A stretch of 64,000 nucleotides of DNA from an uncultured Gammaproteobacteria bacterium (GCA_964485795.1 CAZAJQ010000001.1:78014-142013); one strand, 5' to 3'. Counted from the stretch's first letter, positions 49,709 to 60,458 are shown. The notes: generated from the sequence alone by a model not told the origin. A program made the numbers and translations.

Positions 49709-50974
49709 ATGCCACGTTTCTCACTTCGTCAATGGGCGCTTATCGGACTTCTCATCCTCTCGGCCGCCTTTGTGGGTTTTCTCATCTATGTCATCTTTTT
49801 TCAAGCCGTGCCGCCTTCCGTGACGACTCAAATACCGATCACCCAAGCTCCCGCGCAAGCTCCGGGCGGCTTGCTGGGACTTCCATCGGCACCCGTCGGA
49901 GCGCCTACCGCGCTTCCGGGTGCGCCGGAAGCGCCGCTCACCCCCGAGAAAGTGCGCCGATTGCAAGAAACCAGCGCAAAGGCTTCAGAAATCGCGAGAG
50001 GAGGAGTGACGAAAATCGCATCTACAACAGCCGCAAAAACTTTGAGTCCAAAAATCTCAAATGGCGGTCGCACCATACAATACTACAATGCGAACGACAG
50101 TACGTTTTACAGCATGGACCAAAACGGCAAAACCGTGAAACTCAGCGAAAAAACTTTTTTCGGCGTCGACTCCGTCACATGGAGTCCGGATGGCGGCAAG
50201 TCGATACTCGAATTCCCCGACGGAGCCAATATCCTCTACGATTTTGCAACCCAGGAACAGGTAACGTTGCCCAAGCATTGGCAGGAATTCTCCTTTTCCG
50301 CGCAGGGGGATCGCATCGTTTTCAAAAGCATCCCGATTGATGAGGAAGACAATTGGCTCGCGGTATCAAACATAGACGGTTCAAAGACGAAACTCATCGA
50401 AAATCTCGGCGGCGACCCGGGCAAAGTAAACGTGGATTGGTCGCCGAACAATCTCATGATCGCCACCTATACCGAGAGTTTGGATTTTGACCGATCGGAA
50501 CTTTTTTTCCTCGGACTCAATCAGGAAAATTTCCGGCTTACCGTCGTGGAGGGGCATGGATTTGAAGGCAGCTGGTCGCCCGACGGCGATAAAATTTTGT
50601 ACAGCGTATACAGCGCTCGCGATGATTTCAAGCCGCATCTGTGGATGGTGGACGCATTGCCCGACCGTATCGGAAACAATCGCCGAGATCTGAACCTCGC
50701 CACATGGTCGGACAAGTGCACGTTTGCCGGCGACACCACCCTGTACTGCGCTGCGCCGCTGGAACTCACGGAAGGCGCGGGGCTGGATCGCAGCTTGGCT
50801 TCCGAAACGCCGGATTTGATCTACAAACTCGACGTGGCCACCGGCACTCGCCAGCTCCTCGCGGTTCCCGACACCGAAATCACCGTCCAAAGCCTGATGA
50901 TCAACGAAGATGAATCGATCCTCTACCTCGTGGATGCCAAGGATCAGTCGCTCAAGCAGGTGAATTTGAAATGA
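49709..50974 (+). CDS. Membrane-anchored TolB/WD40-like beta-propeller protein
   Basis: N-terminal TM, P/A-rich linker, WSPDG/WSPNN repeats. Confidence 0.85.
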   Translation: MPRFSLRQWALIGLLILSAAFVGFLIYVIFFQAVPPSVTTQIPITQAPAQAPGGLLGLPSAPVGAPTALPGAPEAPLTPEKVRRLQETSAKASEIARGGVTKIASTTAAKTLSPKISNGGRTIQYYNANDSTFYSMDQNGKTVKLSEKTFFGVDSVTWSPDGGKSILEFPDGANILYDFATQEQVTLPKHWQEFSFSAQGDRIVFKSIPIDEEDNWLAVSNIDGSKTKLIENLGGDPGKVNVDWSPNNLMIATYTESLDFDRSELFFLGLNQENFRLTVVEGHGFEGSWSPDGDKILYSVYSARDDFKPHLWMVDALPDRIGNNRRDLNLATWSDKCTFAGDTTLYCAAPLELTEGAGLDRSLASETPDLIYKLDVATGTRQLLAVPDTEITVQSLMINEDESILYLVDAKDQSLKQVNLK

Positions 50975-51015
50975 AAGACGAAATGCCTTTTTGTGGAATA
51001 CCGTGAACCATATCC

Positions 51016-51780
51016 ATGCGTTTAAAAAAATTGTCACTTCTGTTCATCCCCTCTTTTCTCATCGTCTTCATCGGAATACTTTTTTTATTTTCCCGAAAAA
51101 CTTCGGCTTTGGAATTCCCCACCGATAAACTCTCGGTCCCCATCCCCACCCTTGAGCTCTCAACGCCCAAGGAATCCGGCGGACTCATCACCAATACATG
51201 GATTTCCGACTACCTCATCGGATTCTATCGTTTTTCATTGTACTTTGTCGGTATTGTCGGCGTCTTGTTTCTCATCGCCGGCGGTATTCTCTATACGACT
51301 TCCGGAGGTGATTCGGGGAAAATAGATTCCGCAAAAGAAATGATATTTGGCGCGGCGATGGGCATCATCATCATGTTCGGTTCTTATCTCGTTTTAAGCA
51401 CCGTCAACCCCGATCTGGTGAAATTCCCCGGACTTTCGATTTCGAAAGTGAAAGCAATTCCAAAATCATCGAAAGAAAAGTATCCGGGCACCGAAGGGTG
51501 CTGTCTCATATCACAATTTCTCTATTCAAAAACAGGAATCTCCTATTACGCACACTCATGCTATGCTCCTTCGGAAGAAACCATTTGCAATAATCTTGCA
51601 AATGGAAAAGGAAAAGAACCATTTGTGAAATACACATACCAACCGATCCGCCCCAAAGGTGATAACACTCCGGAATTTACATGCGAAAACGCTTCCACAC
51701 TTGAAAAAAAAGCATATCTCGAACAGGCGAAAGTAATCAATAAGGATTCTCAGCTCCGTTGCATGAGCACCATTGATTAA
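51016..51780 (+). CDS. TrbC/VirB2-like pilin-domain protein with Cys-rich C-terminus
   Basis: IAGGILYTTSGGDSGKIDSAKEMIFGAAMG...TVNPDLV; GCC. Confidence 0.8.
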   Translation: MRLKKLSLLFIPSFLIVFIGILFLFSRKTSALEFPTDKLSVPIPTLELSTPKESGGLITNTWISDYLIGFYRFSLYFVGIVGVLFLIAGGILYTTSGGDSGKIDSAKEMIFGAAMGIIIMFGSYLVLSTVNPDLVKFPGLSISKVKAIPKSSKEKYPGTEGCCLISQFLYSKTGISYYAHSCYAPSEETICNNLANGKGKEPFVKYTYQPIRPKGDNTPEFTCENASTLEKKAYLEQAKVINKDSQLRCMSTID

Positions 51781-51816
51781 GGCCTTCTTGTGAAGGTAAT
51801 GCCAAATGATTCCAAC

Positions 51817-52530
51817 ATGCAAACTTTTCTGCCCTACATTCTCTCCCGTTCGCTCGCACATCTGAAGTGGAAAATTCTTTTCATGTTTTTTTTCTTTTCC
51901 GTATTTTTTCCGCGTCATCTCTTCGCCGCCGCAAATATCGAAATCCCGACGCTTTCCGTGCCTTTCCTGTCCGACATATTGACAAAACCCGATGCCGGCG
52001 GTCGAATCACATGGATCACGGATTATGCGAGCGCTTTATACCGTTTCGGATTTTTGATCTGCGGGCTGGTGGCCGTGTTTTTTCTCATAGCGGGCGGCAT
52101 ACAATGGACGCTTTCCGCCGGAGACAGCGGAAGGGTCGAGCAGGCCAAAGAATACATTTCCGGAAGCATCATGGGCATGGTCATTCTTTTTTCTTCGTAT
52201 CTCATTTTGTATACCATCAATCCCGGGCTGGTAACCTTTGCTGGGCTTCGCATCCAAGGGCCTCCGCCTCCCGAAAAAGTAGAGGCAAAGGGTTGCTGTG
52301 CGCTCATTCATCCCCACCTTGCCGGAACCACCTATAAATGCGATGCAAATACCTACAGCAATAACTGCGAATATGTCGCAAAAACCGAAGGCTGGAGAAA
52401 TTGGTATTTTATCCCGGTCGGAAGCGAGAAAAGTATCTGCGTGGATAAAAAAACGAATCAACGTTCTGAATCATTTTATGTCTTATCCTCTCAAGGAGAT
52501 GTCACTTACACATGCGAATCCGTAAAATAG
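51817..52530 (+). CDS. TrbC/VirB2-like pilin-domain protein with Cys-rich C-terminus
   Basis: IAGGIQWTLSAGDSGRVEQAKEYISG...TINPGLV; GCC; start uncertain. Confidence 0.8.
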   Translation: MQTFLPYILSRSLAHLKWKILFMFFFFSVFFPRHLFAAANIEIPTLSVPFLSDILTKPDAGGRITWITDYASALYRFGFLICGLVAVFFLIAGGIQWTLSAGDSGRVEQAKEYISGSIMGMVILFSSYLILYTINPGLVTFAGLRIQGPPPPEKVEAKGCCALIHPHLAGTTYKCDANTYSNNCEYVAKTEGWRNWYFIPVGSEKSICVDKKTNQRSESFYVLSSQGDVTYTCESVK

Positions 52531-52533
52531 CCT

Positions 52534-54363
52534 ATGGTTTTTTTTTCAAAAAAAAATACCCTCAAACCCAATGAACGGCTCTTGCGATTCGCTCATAAGA
52601 GCTTCATCTTGACACTTTTGTTGGGCGCATTTTTTTGTTTTATCATACCCGCCCGAGCGCAAAATCAGGAAATCAAACTTTCCGTGCCGCTTTCGGATCA
52701 GCCGGTGAAAAATTACGGAGATTACATCTATTACAGCTTCCAATTTTTCACATTTGCTGCGAGCGTTATAGCGGTATTCATGCTCTTGGTCGGCGGAGTG
52801 CGCTGGATCGTGTCTGCCGGAAAAACCGATGAAATTTCCGAAGCGAAAAGCATGATATCCGGCGCCGTGGTGGGGCTCATCATTTTGCTGCTTGCCTATC
52901 TCATCTTGAATACGGTCAATGCGAATCTCGTCAAACTCCGAGCCCCCATCACCGGAGGCATATCGGAAGCCGAGCAAAAAGCCGCCGAATCGCTGACGTC
53001 GCAAGAAGCCGCATTAAAACTCATAAAAGAGGAGCAAAATCCAATCGAACCGCCTCGTGCGCTCGATGCCGGTGAAGCGGTTGCCCCCGCTACCAAAGGA
53101 ATTAAGGTCGCCGTGCCTTTTCCTTTTTTACCGGAAAATCTGCAAAACTTCGGACAGTATATCTCGGCTTTTTATCGATTCGGCTTTTTTGTCGCCGCCA
53201 TTATCGCGGTGTTGATGGCGATTTTTGGCGGGGTGCAGTGGACGCTTTCGGCGGGCAACAGCGAAAAAATCAGCGAAGCAAAGTCTTTTCTTGCAAACGG
53301 CCTCCTCGGGCTTGCTTTGCTTCTCTCCTCCTTTCTCATCCTCAATACGCTCAATCCCTCGCTTGTCAATGAATTCAGCCCTCTCAATATTTTAAACTCC
53401 CGCTCCCCCCTTCCCCCCACACCCGTTTTGACACCCCCAAAGGGGAACCAAATTCCCTTATCCGTACCGCTTCCAAACGCGCTTTATGTCTCGGATACGT
53501 TTGACTATATCGTCAAAATCTTTGAGTTCAGTCTCTACGCCCTCGCGATATTTGCCGTGCTCATGATCATCATCGCCGGATATATCTCCCTCACTTCAAT
53601 GGGAAGTTCGGAAGGAATACAAAAATCAAAAGAATTCATCGGCGGAGCCGTGATCGGCCTCGTCATCCTTCTTTGCGCGACCTTGCTTCTCAATACCATC
53701 GACACGGAATTGACGAGACTGGGCTTGAGCAAAGGACTGGCCGTGCCGGTGGTGGCGAAACGCTTCCTGTGCTGCAAAGATAAACTCGGAACCGTCAAGC
53801 GCGATCAATTTCACTATTCTTGCGCCGACCTCGGTCTCCTTGATGCCGATCCAAAGGAATGTTTTTCGGAAACGACGACCACCGGCTGCTGTCCGGTGCC
53901 AAAACTTGGAGGCCTCTATGATTGCAAGGATGGATATACCCGAGATATTTGCCAAAAACGCACGCTTGACGCCAGCGGCGCGGAAATCGTCACACAGTAT
54001 GACTTTTATCCCAAGCAGCAATGCAAAGACCTCGGCCGCATCTGCACAGGCGGCCAAAACGGTGACGTATGCGAAAAAAACAGCGACTGCGCCTCGTCGT
54101 TTTGCGTGGATGTGTGTGTCTTTCACAACCGAGCTTGGCTTCCGAATTATTTCAGATACTCGGGAAAATATTGCGCCCCATCCGAGGGTTTTCGATGCAT
54201 CAATTACAATCGCGACACCGAAACGCTCTCAAAAAATCCAAACTGTTCGTACGCTTTGCCAGTTATCGGAGAAGATGTGCTTTCAAAAGAACGATGTCTC
54301 GAATACTCAAAAGAAAACGATCCGACCATACCTGCAAGGATAAAGGCATGGAATCAGCTATGA
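52534..54363 (+). CDS. Protein with three tandem TrbC/VirB2-like pilin domains and a Cys-rich C-terminus
   Basis: Three G..(W/Y)..S.G.....(A/S)K......G...L units, each preceded by LSVPL/VAVPF. Confidence 0.8.
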   Translation: MVFFSKKNTLKPNERLLRFAHKSFILTLLLGAFFCFIIPARAQNQEIKLSVPLSDQPVKNYGDYIYYSFQFFTFAASVIAVFMLLVGGVRWIVSAGKTDEISEAKSMISGAVVGLIILLLAYLILNTVNANLVKLRAPITGGISEAEQKAAESLTSQEAALKLIKEEQNPIEPPRALDAGEAVAPATKGIKVAVPFPFLPENLQNFGQYISAFYRFGFFVAAIIAVLMAIFGGVQWTLSAGNSEKISEAKSFLANGLLGLALLLSSFLILNTLNPSLVNEFSPLNILNSRSPLPPTPVLTPPKGNQIPLSVPLPNALYVSDTFDYIVKIFEFSLYALAIFAVLMIIIAGYISLTSMGSSEGIQKSKEFIGGAVIGLVILLCATLLLNTIDTELTRLGLSKGLAVPVVAKRFLCCKDKLGTVKRDQFHYSCADLGLLDADPKECFSETTTTGCCPVPKLGGLYDCKDGYTRDICQKRTLDASGAEIVTQYDFYPKQQCKDLGRICTGGQNGDVCEKNSDCASSFCVDVCVFHNRAWLPNYFRYSGKYCAPSEGFRCINYNRDTETLSKNPNCSYALPVIGEDVLSKERCLEYSKENDPTIPARIKAWNQL

Positions 54364-55733
54364 AATCGCAAGAACCGTTTTATTCCTGCACGCATTGCGA
54401 CGCCCAATTTTCGAAATGGTCGGGAAAATGCTCGAAATGCGGACAATGGGGAAGTTTGCAAAAAGAATCGGAAGGAGCCGCTGCGGGAGTGAATCATGCG
54501 AAAGTCATGGCTTTCGATAAGATTGAGAAATCATTCTTGGAAAAAATCAGTACCGGCATTGCCGAGCTTGATACCGTACTCGGCGGAGGCATAGTCCCCG
54601 GAAGTCTGACACTGCTCGGCGGTGAACCCGGCATCGGCAAATCAACTTTGGTATTGCAAATCATGCACGGCCTTCTGCGCGATGCCGAAAATATGGTGCT
54701 CAAAGCTTCGGGTGAACGAAGCGGCCTCTACGTCTCCGGCGAAGAATCGGGTTTTCAGATCAAAACGCGCATTTCTCGACTCGGAATACCCTGCGACCGC
54801 ATGCTCTTCCTTGCGGAAACTCATATCGAAAGCGTTGCATCCGCGATCGTCAAGCTGCGTCCCGTGATCGTCATCATCGACTCGATACAAACCATGTATT
54901 CGGATCAGAACCCCGCCGAAGCCGGAAGCGTGAACCAGATACGCATCTGCACCGTGAAGCTGCTCGAAATCGCAAAACGCGAAAATATCCCGATCGTCGT
55001 CATCGGTCATATCACAAAAGACGGCGCCGTTGCGGGGCCAAAGACGCTCGAACACCTTGTGGACACCGTGCTGTATCTCGAAGGCGATCGGCATCATCTC
55101 TATCGCCTTCTTCGGGGGGTGAAAAACCGTTTCGGAGCGACGGATGAAGTCGGAGTCTTTGAGATGACGAAAAAAGGTCTCGCCGAAGTGCAAAACCCGT
55201 CCGCCATTTTTCTCGACCGTCACGAATCCCCGATACCGGGTACGGTGATTTCCGCGGTTTCTGAAGGCAATAAGCCGTTTCTCGTCGAAATCCAAGCTCT
55301 CGCGACGAAATCCGTTTTCGGCATACCGCAACGAAAGACTTCGGGATTTGACCTCAGCCGTTTTCAGATGCTGATCGCCGTGCTGTCAAAACGCGGCGGA
55401 CTGATGCTCCATGACAAGGATCTTCATCTCAATGTGGTGGGAGGCTATAAAATCAAAGATACGGGCGCGGACATGGCGGTATGCGCGAGCCTCATCCTCG
55501 CGGTAAAAAATACCAGCATGAATGAAAAAACCCTGCTTCTCGGCGAAGTGGGTCTGGGAGGGGAAATACGAAACGCGACGCATATGGCTCAAAAACTGAA
55601 AGAAGCCGAAAAACTCGGCTTCACAAAAGCGATTTTACCGCATAACCAGCATATCCGTTCAAAACTTCAACTTCTCACCATAAAAACTCTTGACGAATTG
55701 ATGTCAAAACTCGGAATTGAAGACGAAATATAA
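54360..55733 (+). CDS. radA: DNA repair protein RadA/Sms
   Basis: C4 Zn finger, GEPGIGKST, KNRFG, GEVGLGGE; ATG overlaps the upstream stop (ATGA). Confidence 0.96.
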   Translation: MKSQEPFYSCTHCDAQFSKWSGKCSKCGQWGSLQKESEGAAAGVNHAKVMAFDKIEKSFLEKISTGIAELDTVLGGGIVPGSLTLLGGEPGIGKSTLVLQIMHGLLRDAENMVLKASGERSGLYVSGEESGFQIKTRISRLGIPCDRMLFLAETHIESVASAIVKLRPVIVIIDSIQTMYSDQNPAEAGSVNQIRICTVKLLEIAKRENIPIVVIGHITKDGAVAGPKTLEHLVDTVLYLEGDRHHLYRLLRGVKNRFGATDEVGVFEMTKKGLAEVQNPSAIFLDRHESPIPGTVISAVSEGNKPFLVEIQALATKSVFGIPQRKTSGFDLSRFQMLIAVLSKRGGLMLHDKDLHLNVVGGYKIKDTGADMAVCASLILAVKNTSMNEKTLLLGEVGLGGEIRNATHMAQKLKEAEKLGFTKAILPHNQHIRSKLQLLTIKTLDELMSKLGIEDEI

Positions 55734-55818
55734 TATTTTCTGCCGACGTCAAAACGAGCAAAGTTGCTCTAACCCGTATCCTTTTTTCTCCTATGTTTCA
55801 AAAGCCTCAATACTTCTT

Positions 55819-56526
55819 CTACATTTTTTCATCAGGCGCCTCCTGTGGCTGTTCTTCCGGATGAAACTGACTTTCCCATGCTATGAAATCTTGATACGCT
55901 CTTTGCTCTCTCGCTCCCTTTCCTTTGATCTGCTGCGAACGTATCGGCAAGCCCGGCTGCTCGACATATTTGTTATTGTGCGACGAAAATCTATAAAACA
56001 GCAATTTCCGCATTGTATCTCCGGTGAAAAGATGATCTTTGTATTTTTCAAAATACCGCGGTTCGAGTACCATCTTGCCCATTTCCATGCGATTTGCATC
56101 GAGACTTTCGCCTTCTTTCAAAAAAGATCGGTCCAAATCTATCGACCATTCTTCAAGCGTTTTATATGGAATATTGGCCTTTGCGATTTCATGATGCGTG
56201 ATTCCTTGACGTTTTTCTTTTCCTTTCAGAAGGCTTACCATTCCATCCTCATTTGAGGTGACGGTCCATCCAAAGGTGCCCTCAAACATCGCGTTTTTCA
56301 TGTTTTTTTTCCCCAACATGTCGAGTATCTTTTCATGGTATCTCTTTTTCTCTTGCTCCGAAGGTCTCGCTGTTATGAACTCTTTCTTGAGCGCGTCAAG
56401 CTCCTTGAACGCACCAAGAGCTTTCAGTTTTTCAAGATTTTCTTGTATTTTTGCGAAAGGGTCATCTGATCCACTGGATTGGAACTTTTCAGCATCGGGC
56501 GGTATGTATTTTTCATCATCATGCAT
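55819..56526 (-). CDS. Hypothetical protein
   Basis: 235-aa charged ORF with AT-rich upstream region. Confidence 0.7.
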   Translation of the reverse strand: MHDDEKYIPPDAEKFQSSGSDDPFAKIQENLEKLKALGAFKELDALKKEFITARPSEQEKKRYHEKILDMLGKKNMKNAMFEGTFGWTVTSNEDGMVSLLKGKEKRQGITHHEIAKANIPYKTLEEWSIDLDRSFLKEGESLDANRMEMGKMVLEPRYFEKYKDHLFTGDTMRKLLFYRFSSHNNKYVEQPGLPIRSQQIKGKGAREQRAYQDFIAWESQFHPEEQPQEAPDEKM

Positions 56527-56664
56527 AAAAAGGCGTTAATAATTACGATTTCATAATATCATAAATAAATCTTGCCAAATAGTTGACATTTATATACTAT
56601 TCAGTCATAGTAGCACATCGTTATTTTTACCTATTTCTTTGTTTTTTTAAAAAAGGAGCTTTCC

Positions 56665-56991
56665 ATGGAAGAGCACTGGAAAGAGGACGGATTCGAATTT
56701 TTGCGCGATGACAAGCTCGGTGCGTTTCTGGATTCGATAAGAGTCAACCATGACCGTCCGAATGATGATACACTCACGATCGGCGTCAAGGATATGGTGT
56801 ATCGCATCGATTGCTCGGGATTGCGAAAGCGTATCATCGAGATCCTGACGCCGCTTGGGCATCAGGAAATTATGCTCTGCAAAAATCAGATTGAAAAAAA
56901 AATTGAAGGAGTCGATTCACAAAAAGAATTTGAATCCTCTTTTCTTTTTCAATACATACTCCGTCTCATAGAGATGGAATTTCATGTCTAA
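56665..56991 (+). CDS. Hypothetical protein
   Basis: AAGGAG RBS, upstream TTGACA-17-CATAGT, downstream hairpin. Confidence 0.7.
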   Translation: MEEHWKEDGFEFLRDDKLGAFLDSIRVNHDRPNDDTLTIGVKDMVYRIDCSGLRKRIIEILTPLGHQEIMLCKNQIEKKIEGVDSQKEFESSFLFQYILRLIEMEFHV

Positions 56992-56995
56992 TATC

Positions 56996-57021
56996 AAAAA
57001 GACCCGTTACCAGGGTCTTTT
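56996..57021. terminator. Bidirectional terminator
   Basis: AAAAAGACCC-GTTACCA-GGGTCTTTT between convergent genes. Confidence 0.75.
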
Positions 57022-57051
57022 CTTATTATCCCAATACTCACTCACTTGACG

Positions 57052-59175
57052 TCATTCCAGATGCAGATTTCGCGCTTTTGCCGCGATTCTTTTTTGCAAA
57101 GCGGGAAACGCATTCAAGTCCTTATCGATACGAAATATTTCCTCGGCTTCTTTTCTGCAGGTAAGAATCAAATCCGTATCCGAAATATCGGCGACTCTGA
57201 GCTCAATCGATCCGGATTGACGCATGCCCAGAATTTCCCCGGCTCCGCGAAACCGCAAATCCCGTTCAGCGAGTTCGAAACCGTCATGACAGTCGGCGAG
57301 AAGCTTCAACCGATAGACGTTTGAAACATCCTTTGACGGAAAAAGAAAGCAGTACGATTGATGATCTCCCCTTCCGACGCGACCGCGAAACTGATGCAGC
57401 TGCGCGAGGCCAAATCGCTCCGCTCCTTCGATCATCATGATGGTCGCATTCGGCACATCGATACCCACCTCGATCACGGATGTCGAAACCAAAATATCAG
57501 CCTCTTTTTTTTTAAAAACTTCAAGCTTTGAATTTTTTTCGCCATTTTTCATTTTACCATGCAAAAAATCGACTTTCAGCTCCGGGAAAATCTTCTTTTG
57601 CAAAAACTCATATTCTTTTGTGGCGGCTTTCACTCCCAGAGCGTCCGAATGTTCGATCAGAGGACATATGACAAAAACCTGCCGACCTTTTTTCACCTCT
57701 TGCCGGATAAATCGATACGCCGCGTCCCTCCCGAACTCGGCTACAACTCGAGTGAATACGGGTTTTCGATATTTGGGCATTTCACGAAGCGAAGTGATAT
57801 CCAGATCACCATACATCGTGAGCGCAAGACTTCTCGGTATCGGAGTCGCGGTCATGGACAGCAAATGCGGCTCCTCCGATTTTTCCTTGATCGCCTTACG
57901 TTGTTTCACTCCAAATCGATGCTGCTCGTCGATGACCGCAAGTCCGAGTTTTGTAAAGCAGACCTGATCCGTGATCAATGCATGCGTACCGATGACCACG
58001 TCGACATCACCGCTCCGTATCGCTTTTCGAACCGTTTCCTTTGAACAAGAAGTTTGCTTTTCCACATGCTCTTTTTGATCACGTTCATCTCTTTTTTGAC
58101 CGTCTAAACGGTCAAACGCGCATATCTCATGATTGCTCCCGGTCATCAGCGCGAGCCTCAAACGCGTATCGCAAAAGAAATTTTTCGCGTTTTCAAAATG
58201 TTGCCGAGCCAAAACTTCGGTGGGTACCATGAATGCCGCCTGAAATCCCGCAAGGCAGGCGTTCAGCATCGCCGCGAAAGCCACTACGGTTTTGCCGCTT
58301 CCCACGTCGCCTTGAAGAAGCCGATTCATGGGAACGTTTTTACTCATATCGACGGAGATTTCCTTGATAGCATTTTTTTGATCGTCGGTGAGAGTAAACG
58401 GAAGCTTGGTCAAACATTCCTGCGTTTCTTTATGAAAAAAATTCATCGCAAACGATGAAGACGATCGTCTCTCGATACGCATTTTTTGCATCAGGCATTG
58501 CATTTCAAAAAGTTCGGAAAAAGCAAACCTCTTACGAGCCCGCTCGGCTTCCACCATTGCATGCGGAACATGGATTTTTTTCAACGCATCAAAAAGAGAC
58601 AAAAAACCGTACTTTCGTACGATTTCATCCGGAAGCCACTCGTTTTCTTGTTGCGTTTGTTCCATGCCATACTGCACCAAAAAACGCATTTGCTTTTGCG
58701 TGATATTCGCGGTCGTATGATATATGGGTAATATTTTCCCGACCGTTTTCGCATTTTCCACGGACACATTCACCTCATAGAGCGGCGAAACGAATTGCTT
58801 GGCGAATGCGTCAATGCTGACTTCTCCGGAAACGATGATATCATCGCCCCTGTCGATGTAATGAGAAACATAAGGCTGATGAAACCAGACAAGCTTCACC
58901 TGTCCCGTATCGTCGCTTATGATCGCTTCGGTGATGATCATCCTTTTTTTTGCCGATCGGCGGCTCTCGATCATCTCGACTTTACCGACGACGGTGGCAA
59001 AATCACCGGCTTTGAGCTCGGAAACTTTCACGACGCGACTGTAATCTTCATAACGAAAAGGAAAATGGTAGACAACGTCTTCAATCGTGTGAATGTCCAG
59101 TTTCTTCAATCGCGAAGAGAATTTTTTTGCGATTAAGGGAATTTCAAAAAGCGGAGTTTGAGCTTGCAAGGGCAT
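57052..59175 (-). CDS. recG: ATP-dependent DNA helicase RecG
   Basis: QGDVGSGKT, DEQHRFG, TATPIPR, QFRGRVGRG. Confidence 0.97.
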   Translation of the reverse strand: MPLQAQTPLFEIPLIAKKFSSRLKKLDIHTIEDVVYHFPFRYEDYSRVVKVSELKAGDFATVVGKVEMIESRRSAKKRMIITEAIISDDTGQVKLVWFHQPYVSHYIDRGDDIIVSGEVSIDAFAKQFVSPLYEVNVSVENAKTVGKILPIYHTTANITQKQMRFLVQYGMEQTQQENEWLPDEIVRKYGFLSLFDALKKIHVPHAMVEAERARKRFAFSELFEMQCLMQKMRIERRSSSSFAMNFFHKETQECLTKLPFTLTDDQKNAIKEISVDMSKNVPMNRLLQGDVGSGKTVVAFAAMLNACLAGFQAAFMVPTEVLARQHFENAKNFFCDTRLRLALMTGSNHEICAFDRLDGQKRDERDQKEHVEKQTSCSKETVRKAIRSGDVDVVIGTHALITDQVCFTKLGLAVIDEQHRFGVKQRKAIKEKSEEPHLLSMTATPIPRSLALTMYGDLDITSLREMPKYRKPVFTRVVAEFGRDAAYRFIRQEVKKGRQVFVICPLIEHSDALGVKAATKEYEFLQKKIFPELKVDFLHGKMKNGEKNSKLEVFKKKEADILVSTSVIEVGIDVPNATIMMIEGAERFGLAQLHQFRGRVGRGDHQSYCFLFPSKDVSNVYRLKLLADCHDGFELAERDLRFRGAGEILGMRQSGSIELRVADISDTDLILTCRKEAEEIFRIDKDLNAFPALQKRIAAKARNLHLE

Positions 59176-59212
59176 ACGCGTTTCATCTTTCTCATAATCA
59201 CTTTCACATTTT

Positions 59213-59596
59213 TCACTTCATACTGTGCAATCCTATAAAATTGCCTTCGGAATCGACGATAAAGGCGATGAAACCGTTTTCACCGATCGAAAGCCGCCCC
59301 TTGGAGATTTTACCGCCGGCTTTTTCAGTTTTTTCCAGCACTTCATCGATCATTCCTTCGCAATTGAGATAAATCCTCACCCCTTGCTCTCCAGGTTCGA
59401 ATCCTTTTCCAAAATCGGGAGCGAGCAACGCTCCGCCAACGCCTTCTTTGCCTTCCATCGGGAAAAAGGCCATTTTCTTGCCCATGAAATCTTGGACATG
59501 AAATGCGATTCCCAAAATCTCGCCATAAAAATTCATGGCTCGATCGAAATTTTTCGTCGGGATCTCAAACCAGGTAATGACATTTTTGTGAACCAT
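59213..59596 (-). CDS. VOC/glyoxalase family protein
   Basis: WFEIP...FY...DSEGNFIGLH. Confidence 0.92.
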   Translation of the reverse strand: MVHKNVITWFEIPTKNFDRAMNFYGEILGIAFHVQDFMGKKMAFFPMEGKEGVGGALLAPDFGKGFEPGEQGVRIYLNCEGMIDEVLEKTEKAGGKISKGRLSIGENGFIAFIVDSEGNFIGLHSMK

Positions 59597-59618
59597 ATGG
59601 GTGACAAAAAAATAAAAC

Positions 59619-60458
59619 TCACTTGGCGCTCAAACTCAAACGTTGGGCTTCAACGTTTTCTTTGTGAATGAATACGAAACGCGATTTTTTCAGTATCAAA
59701 AATACGGGATACAAAAGGATGGTCGTCATGACGTTAAACGGTATGATAAGCGTGATCAAGCTGGCGAAAACGGCCACCGCACTTGCGGAAGCCATCACCG
59801 CTTGATTGGGTACGAGATACTTCGCGTTTATCGACGCTATGGATTCATGCCAAGACGTTTCAATCTGTTTCTCGGCGGTTTTTCTTTCCGCGGGCGGCAA
59901 TTTATTCAGATTTGAATCTTTGCTCCACCCAATGATCTTTTGCTCGTACCTCGGCGAAACCACGATCTGATTTTGCGATGCGAGTTTCTCGACGCCGTAA
60001 TAAAAACCCATGCTGATGATCGCCAGAATGCCGATAAGCAACGGTATTCTGCCCGCCGACAACGATGTGACGGAAAAACGAATGCGCGACGATATTTCAT
60101 GGTCAACGCGTTTGAGCGTAAAGAAGGCGAAAACAAAAAGCACCACCGCACCGATGATATGAGGAGAAGCAAAAAACATCGCGAGAGATGAAAACAAAAA
60201 AATCGTCAGCGCATACGAAAAAGGTCTTACCACCGCCACGACAATATCAATGCTCATGATCAGGAGCATTTGCGCAATCGCAAAATGGATGACGATGGGG
60301 ATGATGGCGAAATCAAGGGCTCCTATCATGGCCGGTATGCCTTCGACCTTGCTGATGCTCCATCCGAAATAATACGCTAAAATGATGCACACGATACCCA
60401 AACTCACGATTTTTACGAGCGATTCGGGTGCCGGCTTTTGAACTTGTGTTTTTGACAT
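59619..60458 (-). CDS. Multi-pass membrane protein
   Basis: About six hydrophobic segments. Confidence 0.75.
   Translation of the reverse strand: MSKTQVQKPAPESLVKIVSLGIVCIILAYYFGWSISKVEGIPAMIGALDFAIIPIVIHFAIAQMLLIMSIDIVVAVVRPFSYALTIFLFSSLAMFFASPHIIGAVVLFVFAFFTLKRVDHEISSRIRFSVTSLSAGRIPLLIGILAIISMGFYYGVEKLASQNQIVVSPRYEQKIIGWSKDSNLNKLPPAERKTAEKQIETSWHESIASINAKYLVPNQAVMASASAVAVFASLITLIIPFNVMTTILLYPVFLILKKSRFVFIHKENVEAQRLSLSAK

Noticed and set aside
54069-54359. Long N-terminal extension of radA
   Set aside because: Overlaps the upstream pilin gene; RadA begins at the Zn finger with an ATGA overlap
55717-56256. 179-aa plus ORF
   Set aside because: F/I/R-rich antisense shadow of the 55819-56526 gene
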